Assembly (NCBI GenBank): GCA_004195515.1
Contig: PSPR01000008.1
Coordinates: 1-57,197, forward strand
Direction of reading: 5' to 3'
Source of the DNA: Methanobacteriota archaeon
GTDB lineage: Archaea; Thermoplasmatota; Poseidoniia; Poseidoniales; Poseidoniaceae
Length of the DNA stretch: 57,197 nt
The position numbers were made by a program, and so were the translations under genes. Below the pieces are notes generated by a model. The model was not told where the DNA came from. It saw nothing but the letters and a program-made list of their open reading frames with translations, and did no database searches. Numbering within the stretch: the stretch's first letter is position 1; the number at the start of each line of letters is the position of its first letter. Of this stretch, positions 8,969 through 18,100 are shown one piece after another.

Positions 8969-9867
8969 TTCAAGCCATCTTCCAATTTGGTTGAAGCTGC
9001 CCAATCTAGATGATGATTCATACTCAAGTCTGGTAATCTGCGATTACTATCGCCATGATTTGATTCGACGAATTTCAAGGTCGCGTCGGTTTTTTTAGCA
9101 ATCAAGTTTGCCAAGTCAATCATCTTAATTTCTTCGAGAGAACCCAAATTAAATGACATTCCAGACAAGTTATCCAGCCTTCCTATTTTTTCCAACCCGG
9201 GGGTCACATCTCCAATCCAAGTAAGACTTCGAGTTTGCTCTCCTGTTCCATGAACCTCAATTATTCCGGTTGATCTCGCACTTGATATCATCATAGCGAC
9301 CACTTGACCGTCATTATCTCCGTGGAGCCGAGGGCCATAGACATTGAAGGGCCGCACGATTCGAACATCGACACCGTTTGTGATTGCGTGGTGACACATC
9401 AATTCGCCGAGATATTTGCTTGCACCATAGCTATGGCGTTGGTGAAGGTGAGCCGGGGGGAATAGCGATTCACTAGAATTTGCAAGTGGCATCGATTCTT
9501 GCTCACCAAAGGCTTCAGGACTCGAATAAAATACCAATCGTGAATCACAAGCCTTGGCGGCTGCAATTGCAGATCTAGTTCCGTTGATATTGACGTCAAC
9601 AACCAAATCCGCCTGGCGATGGAATCGCCGAGTACCGTTTACCGCTGCCAAATGGTGAATGACATCGGGATTAAATTCGACGCACTTGGAAGATATGACC
9701 CCGGGGTCACATATATTCGCTTCAAAAAAAATCGCCCGCGAATCAACTTGCTCACGATGACCTCTCGAGAGATCATCGATCACCAATACTTCATCACCAT
9801 TTTCAAGCAATAAATCAACCAAATGTGAGCCGAGGAAACCCGCTCCCCCTGTCACAACAACTCGCAT
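8956..9867 (-). CDS. NAD-dependent sugar-nucleotide epimerase/dehydratase (extended SDR)
   Basis: MRVVVTGGAGFLGSHLVDLLL (Rossmann GxxGxxG) and the catalytic YGASK (YxxxK). The length and layout resemble UDP-glucuronate decarboxylase / dTDP-glucose dehydratase-like enzymes. Confidence 0.85.
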   Translation of the reverse strand: MRVVVTGGAGFLGSHLVDLLLENGDEVLVIDDLSRGHREQVDSRAIFFEANICDPGVISSKCVEFNPDVIHHLAAVNGTRRFHRQADLVVDVNINGTRSAIAAAKACDSRLVFYSSPEAFGEQESMPLANSSESLFPPAHLHQRHSYGASKYLGELMCHHAITNGVDVRIVRPFNVYGPRLHGDNDGQVVAMMISSARSTGIIEVHGTGEQTRSLTWIGDVTPGLEKIGRLDNLSGMSFNLGSLEEIKMIDLANLIAKKTDATLKFVESNHGDSNRRLPDLSMNHHLDWAASTKLEDGLNQLL

Positions 9868-9870
9868 CGA

Positions 9871-11604
9871 TCATTCCACCACTCGGTCAAGAATCGTAAC
9901 GGTCACGACATCATCAATTCTCTCTACTCGGATTTTATCGCCATCGTTAACTGCCATACATGGATCGATATCGAAACCATGAGAATATGGTACATCAAGC
10001 AAAGAACATGCCGGCAAAGTTAGGGAACAAACATCACGATTAACGATTGCCCTAGGTCCTTTTCCAGTATATATCAACCCCATCAAAACATAAGGAGCAA
10101 CGGTCGAACCCGACCCTTTTGGATAGATCAATATCTTATCCTCTATACATCGACCGTCGAGAGGATGCCCAAATTCTTCGATTTCGCCGCTATCCCTATT
10201 TACATATCCAAGATAGGTAATCGCTACATCACTAACCATCGCTACGCCTTCTACCGACCAATCACCTTGGGAGTTAAGTCCTGAGCCCACCATGGTTGCC
10301 TCGCCGGTTTGGTGAGTCTTTCCACTAGCGTGTTGAGGTTGTTTTTTCGATTCTAAAATAGGTGTTGGACCTTCACTTAAATTTGGATTAAACGCATGAG
10401 CAACACACTCGAAAATTGGACCAACGCTGGTCGGCATTCTATTCAACCCCGAGGTTAGATAATGTTCTGCTTTGAGAGAATTCGTCATCAGGTGATTATA
10501 ATGTGCTCGATTATATGGAGTGACCTCAGGACAGGTATCTTGTAAGATTACTGCACCTGCTTCTTCAAGAAGTCCAATACTGCCATCGGCCTCTGCTAGT
10601 TCATGGTTAATACCTGAAGTAAAAACCCATAATCTTTGATTTGGAATTTTCAGACCCATTTCACAATGAGCACGTACTGCTGAGGCTGTAATCCTAATCT
10701 CTTCTAAACTGGCTTGAGGACAACCGATTACCACGAGGTCGACTTGACCTCTTGGCGCAAGTTCCTCATAACGTGATGCTAAGTCTTCAGATGAGAATTG
10801 TAAAACATTTTCAACATTTGAAATGTCTGGCGTTTCGGTCAATCCCTGTGCCCATAACATTGGACAACCATAATTTGCAGCAGCTGCTGTCAACGCTTTT
10901 TTACTTGCAAAACTGACATATTTTGGCAAACCACGAATGAATGGCATCGGCCCATATGGCAAATCCCAATCGGGTCTTACCTGCTTACCAATCCAATCAC
11001 CCAAAACCGACCAGTCGGACAATGTTATCAATTCACAATCGACATCGACAACAATATTTGGCACTCTATTTTCAGGTAAATGTAAACCCCAACGCGGAGC
11101 ATATCCGGTTAATGCAGTAGCTAATGCACTCAAACCAGATTCACGATTTGTGATCAAATCTGTCCAAGAATTTGAAAAAGCAACCGCATTCGATTCTGAC
11201 CAAGATGCTATTCCGCTCTCATCTTCGACGCCTCGATCATAAGGTGTACAAGAAAGGCTTGCCTCAACACCAAGACTAGAATATGCTTGAATGATTTCAA
11301 ATTGTTGTTCTAGAAAATCAGGATAATCGATATCCATCTCTTCCATACGGCGCTTATCGCACCCAGCGGAGTTCAATGTTGTAGGAATTGCAACCTTTCC
11401 ATCACCGGCAAGGTCGGCCAAAAAGCGCCTCAAGCCATGACCGCCAGTAATTACTGAAACTCCCGACACATGACTATGTGATACCTCGACGAACTCTTTG
11501 GCCCCCGAGGTTCGAGCCAAATCCACTACCAATCTAGCTGCTTTTTGCCGAGTGCTGCCTTCTTGGCCAGCAAGCATTGCATTCAAGCGAGTTGGCAACT
11601 CCAT
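9871..11604 (-). CDS. Aconitase X (AcnX) family protein; large (DUF521-like) and small swivel (DUF126-like) parts fused in one chain
   Basis: The N-terminus ..QKAARLVVDLARTSGAKEFVEVSHSHVSGVSVITGGHGLRRFL.. is typical of the AcnX large subunit. The C-terminus ..ITYLGYVNRDSGEIEEFGHPLDGRCIEDKILIYPKGSGSTVAPYVLMGLIYTGKGPRAIVNRD.. is typical of the AcnX small subunit. The two are joined by a Gly/Ser/Gln-rich linker (..KKQPQHASGKTHQTGEATMVGSGLNSQG..). Confidence 0.8.
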   Translation of the reverse strand: MELPTRLNAMLAGQEGSTRQKAARLVVDLARTSGAKEFVEVSHSHVSGVSVITGGHGLRRFLADLAGDGKVAIPTTLNSAGCDKRRMEEMDIDYPDFLEQQFEIIQAYSSLGVEASLSCTPYDRGVEDESGIASWSESNAVAFSNSWTDLITNRESGLSALATALTGYAPRWGLHLPENRVPNIVVDVDCELITLSDWSVLGDWIGKQVRPDWDLPYGPMPFIRGLPKYVSFASKKALTAAAANYGCPMLWAQGLTETPDISNVENVLQFSSEDLASRYEELAPRGQVDLVVIGCPQASLEEIRITASAVRAHCEMGLKIPNQRLWVFTSGINHELAEADGSIGLLEEAGAVILQDTCPEVTPYNRAHYNHLMTNSLKAEHYLTSGLNRMPTSVGPIFECVAHAFNPNLSEGPTPILESKKQPQHASGKTHQTGEATMVGSGLNSQGDWSVEGVAMVSDVAITYLGYVNRDSGEIEEFGHPLDGRCIEDKILIYPKGSGSTVAPYVLMGLIYTGKGPRAIVNRDVCSLTLPACSLLDVPYSHGFDIDPCMAVNDGDKIRVERIDDVVTVTILDRVVE

Positions 11605-11654
11605 GTTTCTTGCCTAACAGGACCAATGACATAACTGATTTGTTTAGATTATCC

Positions 11655-11660
11655 TAATAA
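11655..11660 (+). promoter_or_regulatory. Candidate TATA element (TAATAA) at -30..-25 from ATG 11685
   Basis: A/T hexamer at the spacing expected for an archaeal TATA box in front of a leaderless or short-leader mRNA. It is the only A/T-rich patch in the 80-nt divergent spacer. Confidence 0.3.
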
Positions 11661-11684
11661 TGGTAGAGGGGTTTAAGCAAAAGC

Positions 11685-13454
11685 ATGGAAGACCCGAGTG
11701 CGGAGAAATCAAAGAGATTGACGGATGAGAAAAAAAGCAATAAGGGCGCCGCTGCAATCGTATTTTCACTATTGATTTCGGTTTCAATGAGCGGTTTTGC
11801 CCTCTGGTCCACATTGGATATGCCTGAAATCTCGAGTGGCTCGGATGGAGAAGACGGCCAAACTTCGTTGATGAAAACCGCCGGACTCTACGGTAACCAC
11901 GGCTGTGAAGATGGTGGATTCAGCATTCAGGTTGGAATCGACAAAAACAATGATGGCAGTTTGACCGGTGAAGAGGTCGATGACATCAGAAATCTTTGTC
12001 ATGGCGTCGAGGGATTATCCGGACCAATGGGTTCGCCAGGATCGAATGGTTTCGATGGTTGGAATGGGACCAATGGGTCGAATGGGACCGATGGGTTAAA
12101 CGGTTCGAATACTCTAGTAGAACGCCTATCAGGAGCGGTTGGGCCATGTCCAAATGCAATGATTCTTACCTTCGGTGTCGATGTTTCGCCTCAAGATGGA
12201 ATTCTTTCTGAAAGCGAGATAAATTCCGTGCTAAAATTGTGCCTTGAAAGTTTGCTAAACCAGCGAATTACTGATTTCTCGTTTGACAATAGTGAATCAT
12301 TTACAAGCGGATGTCAAGGTGGTGTCTTGTTAAATAATTCAATGGTAATTGCTGCATATGGTTCAAATCAATGCCAATTATATGGCTTTACTAATTATTA
12401 TCAACCAATACTAATTGCTGAAAATTTTGAAGGTGATATGGCTCCGGGCCGAAATCTCGGCTTCACGGTTCATAACGACCGCGCATGGTTCGACGCAGAC
12501 GACGGCACATCGCGCCAGGTTTGGTCTACAGACGGCGTGACCGCTTGGAAGGAAACAAATTACAGCTTCGATTTTTCAGCCGGTTCTGAATTATTGGTCG
12601 TGGATAATGAAATCATTATCGTATCGCCTAATGGCATGACCACGATTGGAGATACTGATACTCACATCAATGGAAATTTCAATAATATCTCGATCGTATT
12701 CAATAATTTGGTTTACAATAATGCAACTGGATACAATATCGACGATGAGCATTTCACCGGAGAAATTCATGGCCAAGCGATTGAGGTCGATGGCAATTAT
12801 TGGTTCATGGCAACTACGGATAATGATGGCATGGAATTACACAAGAGTAACGGTATTATAATTGAGAAAATGACTTCGACTTTAAGAGGAATTCCTGCTG
12901 CTAAATTCCCAATTCTCTATTATGGTCATGAAATTTTATTTGATGCAAAACTAGGTGCAGACATCAACACCGGATTCTTGGCTTACGATATGATGACAAA
13001 TACCGTGGACAAGGTCACTGGAAATGTGCTCTTACCTGGAGATAATACCAAACCTTTGATTCATAAAGGAAAATTGTGGTTTGATTGTACTACTGGCAGC
13101 GCAGGGAACGAATTGTGCACTTATGATGGCGTAGATGCCAGAGTACATTTCGATTATACACCAGGGATCAGTTCATCTTTCCCAAAACACATTACTGTTG
13201 TCGAAGATGAACTTGTTTTGATCATCGATGACACCACCTTGGGTGGAGTCCTAGTCAAGGTCGATGTTGGAATTTCTTTGTTGTGGGACCCAGAACCCGG
13301 CCAACAAGCAGCAGGATTGGTTGGGAAAATATGGGTGGCTGAGGACGCATTGTATTTTATGGCTAACTCATCTTCATTTGGTCAGGAAATGTATCTCTAT
13401 CCAACCGGTGCTTTGATTGGCGATTGGATTGTAGTTCAACCACGCCAATCATGA
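11685..13454 (+). CDS. Membrane-anchored secreted protein: EF-hand-like Ca loop, collagen-like G-x-x run, ELWxxDGT-type repeat region
   Basis: N-terminal anchor AAAIVFSLLISVSMSGFALWSTL. DKNNDGSLTGEE fits the 12-residue EF-hand loop. GLSGPMGSPGSNGFDGWNGTNGSNGTDGLNGSN is 11 consecutive G-x-x triplets. The C-terminal half has repeats such as SRQVWSTDGVTAW, GMELHKSNG and GNELCTYDGVDARVHFDYTPGISSSFPKH, which resemble the ELWxxDGT repeat. Confidence 0.65.
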   Translation: MEDPSAEKSKRLTDEKKSNKGAAAIVFSLLISVSMSGFALWSTLDMPEISSGSDGEDGQTSLMKTAGLYGNHGCEDGGFSIQVGIDKNNDGSLTGEEVDDIRNLCHGVEGLSGPMGSPGSNGFDGWNGTNGSNGTDGLNGSNTLVERLSGAVGPCPNAMILTFGVDVSPQDGILSESEINSVLKLCLESLLNQRITDFSFDNSESFTSGCQGGVLLNNSMVIAAYGSNQCQLYGFTNYYQPILIAENFEGDMAPGRNLGFTVHNDRAWFDADDGTSRQVWSTDGVTAWKETNYSFDFSAGSELLVVDNEIIIVSPNGMTTIGDTDTHINGNFNNISIVFNNLVYNNATGYNIDDEHFTGEIHGQAIEVDGNYWFMATTDNDGMELHKSNGIIIEKMTSTLRGIPAAKFPILYYGHEILFDAKLGADINTGFLAYDMMTNTVDKVTGNVLLPGDNTKPLIHKGKLWFDCTTGSAGNELCTYDGVDARVHFDYTPGISSSFPKHITVVEDELVLIIDDTTLGGVLVKVDVGISLLWDPEPGQQAAGLVGKIWVAEDALYFMANSSSFGQEMYLYPTGALIGDWIVVQPRQS

Positions 13455-15121
13455 CGGGCTGCTAAAGGCTGCCTCCATCCTTGGCCAAATGCACGCTTCG
13501 ACACCCTTGGAGCTGGCGCCATTTGCCAGCGCTTATGTTCGCTAGAAGAGAGTCTTTTGAGTACGTCGTTCACTGTTTTTTCATCTTGACCGGTTGCGAT
13601 GATTTCGGTTGCATCCAAACCGTGTTCGATGTGATGACGAAGTATTTCATCGAGAATAGGATATGGAGGTAGACTATCCTCGTCTTTTTGGCCGGGTGCG
13701 AGTTCCGCGCTTGGAGGTTTGGTCATGGTAGATTGATTGATCACATCTTTGCCAAGACGTTGATTGAATGATTCTGCCAAACCATAGACTTCCATTTTGT
13801 AAAGATCGCCAATCGGAGCATAACCTCCAGCCATATCACCGTAAAGAGTGCAATAACCTTGACCGAGTTCTGATTTATTCCCGGTTGCAATCGCCATTGC
13901 TCCATTCGCATTTGCATGAGCCATAACGATAAGACCTCGCAATCTTGCTTGAAGGTTTTCGCCGGCCACGGGGTGGCCGTTTTCCAATAAATTCTCCAAA
14001 GTTGATTCCGAACATTTATGCATATTTTCGATGCCAATGATTTCGAAATTTATGCCCAAAGCTTTGGCGGTATCGGTTGCATCCGAGATGCTATGGTCTG
14101 ATGAATGCCGACTTGGCATTGATAAGCCGGTGACATTTTCTGGGCCAACAGCACATGATGCAATACAAGCTGCAACCGCTGAATCGATGCCACCGGATAG
14201 TCCAAGCACAATTTTGTTAATGCCGCTTTTTCGACAATAATCAGATAATCCAGTTACGACAGCATCCAAAATATCATCTTCGGGAAAAATAAGATTCTCG
14301 TCCGGTTTGAGTAATGTCATCACACCTTCGCCAATCCATTCAGAATTATCTGGACCGGATAAATCTGCAATTAACACACCCTCTTTCCATGCTGGCCCAA
14401 CTAGAACTTGACCATCTGGCCAAGCGATTAGACTTCTTCCATCAAATAATAGATCGTCATTTCCTCCGACTTGATTTGCTAATAAAAAGGGATGGCCCAG
14501 CGATTTCGCTGCTGTTCTTGCAACCTCTATTCTAACGCCTGCTTTTGTAGCATGATATGGTGAAGCCGACAGATTAACCGTTGCGTCTAAATCTACTCCT
14601 TGACGACACCATTCAACGATTTGGGAGATTGGATCGCTATCGTAATCAACTGGGGTTTTGCCCGAATGTTGCCAAGCATCTTCGCAAATTGTGACTGCGA
14701 TATCAAGATCGCCAAAAGTTCGAGCGATTCCTGGTCGTTCGTCTGGATCAAAATATCTCGCTTCATCGAATACATCGTATGTCGGCAACAATTGCTTCCT
14801 TACGACCTCGCGGTTTGCTTCACCGCATCGAATCGCGCCGTTTCCCGGCCTAGATCTACTATCTTTTGCTTTGACCGGGGTTCCAACCAAAATAGGAATT
14901 GATGATTGAATTGAAGTTGCTTGAACTTGGCATTTCTCGACGAAATCTTGTTGAAAAAGTAAATCTCGAGGTGGGTAGCCGCTGATCGCTAATTCTGTAC
15001 TTATAGCACAGTTCGCACCATGTTCAACTGCAATTTGCGCCATCGAGCTAATTCGTTCGGCATTGCCAGCGATATCTCCAACCGTGGGGTTGGCTTGCAA
15101 TAAAGCGATTTTAGATGCCAT
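13436..15121 (-). CDS. nadE: Glutamine-dependent NAD+ synthetase (CN-hydrolase domain + NAD synthetase domain)
   Basis: The N-terminal nitrilase-type domain has ..ISTELAISGYP.., ..RKQLLPTYDVFDE.. and ..AVTICEDAW... The C-terminal PP-loop is LGLSGGIDSAV. Length 561 aa. Confidence 0.9.
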   Translation of the reverse strand: MASKIALLQANPTVGDIAGNAERISSMAQIAVEHGANCAISTELAISGYPPRDLLFQQDFVEKCQVQATSIQSSIPILVGTPVKAKDSRSRPGNGAIRCGEANREVVRKQLLPTYDVFDEARYFDPDERPGIARTFGDLDIAVTICEDAWQHSGKTPVDYDSDPISQIVEWCRQGVDLDATVNLSASPYHATKAGVRIEVARTAAKSLGHPFLLANQVGGNDDLLFDGRSLIAWPDGQVLVGPAWKEGVLIADLSGPDNSEWIGEGVMTLLKPDENLIFPEDDILDAVVTGLSDYCRKSGINKIVLGLSGGIDSAVAACIASCAVGPENVTGLSMPSRHSSDHSISDATDTAKALGINFEIIGIENMHKCSESTLENLLENGHPVAGENLQARLRGLIVMAHANANGAMAIATGNKSELGQGYCTLYGDMAGGYAPIGDLYKMEVYGLAESFNQRLGKDVINQSTMTKPPSAELAPGQKDEDSLPPYPILDEILRHHIEHGLDATEIIATGQDEKTVNDVLKRLSSSEHKRWQMAPAPRVSKRAFGQGWRQPLAARHDWRG

Positions 15122-15124
15122 GAC

Positions 15125-15150
15125 CTCCCCCTCAGCCTACTGAGGGGGAG
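15125..15150 (-). terminator. Perfect 11-bp GC-rich hairpin (ctccccctcag-ccta-ctgagggggag) between the giant-gene stop and the nadE start
   Basis: 15125-15135 is the exact reverse complement of 15140-15150, with a 4-nt loop. It lies 40 nt after the stop of the 15190..20058 gene and 3 nt before the nadE ATG. Confidence 0.35.
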
Positions 15151-15189
15151 CCAGACTCTATGCTTTGTGGACCGGAATCCATCTCATCA

Positions 15190-18100
15190 CTAATCTTCGT
15201 ATTCATCTTCGAACTCTTCTTCGTAGATGATTTCCTCACCAGAAGAACCTGCTCGAACCGTTGCCATTCTCAACCAAGTTAACACTAATAATAAGGTGAT
15301 TCCAAGCATTGTCAAGGCGATTCCAACCAACCACGGATTTGCTTTACCGAAAATACCAGACATGAAGCCATCATCTGTAGGTGGTTTGACATCGATCATT
15401 CTACTCTGTTCAAATTCTTCATTTAAACTGACTTCAATCCATTGAATTCCTGGTGTTTCAGGTTTCCAATCGACCACAACTGTTGCCACCGATTCTGCAT
15501 CGATTTCAACAATTGGTCGAGCGAGGGTTTCCCTGCTACCGTCGAGTTTGACAACTTCGATCAATATACTTGTTTCACCGGCTAATAATCCACTATTACG
15601 CAAATAGATATGGACCGCAGTTGCTTCATCAACCTCAAGGTTCAACTTGGATAATTCCACTCCACCTGAATCGATTGAAAAATCAGGTATATGCTGGATT
15701 AGATCCCATTTACCGGCTGGATGATTTTCAGAATTTCCAAAGGTTTCGAATTGGTTTCCGGCTAAGTCCCTTCCTTCTAACCTCATTTTTATAACCAATT
15801 GTTCTTGGAGTAATTCCGAGTTTAAACTTGAGAAATTAATCTGTCCTTCAAACAATAATCTCAATCCTGAGATTAGGTCCCCTTCGAGACTTAAATCGGT
15901 AGTCCCAGTCATAATCGCATCGTTTTGCCCCAATGGAGTAATCCACCAAATTAATTCGACCGAATTTACATCGATGCCGAATGGTTCGGATACCACGACC
16001 TTAATATCGTGTTGACCAGGCTCTAAAATTGATGATTGTCGTGGTGATAAAAATTCGATAACTACCGGGCCTATATCATCGACTATGATCCAAGCAACCG
16101 CTTTTGTTTCATCGGTGACATCGATGCCTTGTAATACTAAGCAATCCACATTCCAAGTAAATGGATAACGCCCGCTTTCGATCGGAGCGATTGTAGCCGC
16201 AGTAAATAGTCCACCGGCCGCGGTCGCAGTTCCTTTGATACCGTTCAATCGAACCTCGACATCGCAATCGAAATCTGGAAGTTCGCCGCTTTTCTCAAAA
16301 ACAACGATTCCCGATAACTCAATTGCAGTTCCGGGAGAAACCCTCGCACCTTCATCGGTGAGTGCGCCATTTTCAACCCAGAGAGACACATTGTCTAGAA
16401 TCATCATTTCAGCCGAAAATCGCCAGCGATTTTGTGGATAATTGACCAGATCGTGATGATCTGCACGATCGGTCACTTTGATACTCGGCTCACGTCGAGT
16501 ATCGCCTAGATCAGGAGTTGACCATTTTAGGTTCAACTCGATTACCATTATCAAATCTCGATCATATGCGTTGGGAACCGTGCCTTCGTCGGTAAGAATT
16601 TGACATGATTTCACATTGAGGTGAATCGATGAACTTTCGCAGCGATGATTTGATTGATTCCATGTAATTGCCATTCGGTCGCTAGCAATATTATCTGCTA
16701 ATGCAACTTCGATAGTACCAACATCGGAGATACCATTTGCTTCACTAAAGCTGATGTTTAATTGGTAATTTTGCCCTGGATGAAGCCACGCTTTCTTGCC
16801 ATTCATCCATTCAAAGCCATCAGTATCAACAACTGGGGGCCCATCCGGCATCAACTGATACATGAACAAGTGATCATCTTCGGTAACTGAGCCACCTTCG
16901 AGCAAATCATGCCCACCCAGGTCAACGCCGATGACATAACCAGCAACCTTCTCTCCTTGGAAGCCCGCAGCATCATCAACATATGCCACATATGAGCCAT
17001 ATGTGCCATTTAGATCGCTTGGGAGCGAAAGAGCGGTTTCAATATATTCGCCTTCATTAGGCCAGCTATCACCATTTAGATCGTTTAACCATTCTCTCCA
17101 AAGCATTAGTTTTACATTTGTAGGTAGAACCGGTTGGTCGGTAATATTAACGATAATTTGTTGATATGCTGATGGGGTCAAATGGTCGTAATGACGGATA
17201 TTAGATCCTATTACTACCGGTGCTAACGGATCGATAATGAATGTTCGATTTACAATCCAAGGGTCGGCTACACCTCCACCTGCAAGTGGTGCAATCGTGA
17301 ATTGCCAAGTCACATTTCCACTGGTAAACGGTGTGACGGTTTCGACCCGCCAAACCGAAGAAGTTAGTTCTGTAGTATTTGCAATGAATACTCCATCCCG
17401 GTGCAATTCCAATAAGAATTCACCAGGATATGGATGCTCACCGGCCGCTCCATATTGAAATCCAATCTCTACTTCCATAGAAATATTCCCACTAGATTTT
17501 AGATATTTACGGTTGTTTGCAATCGGAAAACCATCACTAAACCAATCGACATTATTTATTGTTAAATCATTACTCACCGCTGGATTGGTCCAGAATAAAT
17601 TCGAAGGGAGTGAGACTACTCCATTTGCTAATTGTACCCTACCGGAGATTCTGAGGTTTTCGACATCGTCCCATGCTTGGGAGGTCCTGAATGTGATCGA
17701 TAATTCATCGATGTTACCAGTCGTATTTACGCTAACTCCCGCTCCATCAAAGATCAATACATCATGAATCCCAAGTTCAACCATGTTGCCACCATTGATT
17801 GGTATTAACCATTGAGCGGTCTCGCCGTCAGCATTCAAATCGAGTATGAACATATTTAGTGATGAGAGTTGTGATTGAGTTCTCAAGCTGAGGGTTCGCC
17901 ATTTTTGAGAGGGCGTTAGAGTATTGGAATCATTGGTCAAAGATATGACGCCAACATCGACATCCCCAGATGACGAAATGGAATTAATTGTGATCGCCAA
18001 TCCCGCTTTAGATTGAGCGCTGACCGGAAGAGGTACCAAATTTCCACTTATCGATTCTTTGAGGATCATATTTGCACCCATAACGATTGGATGAAGTGCT

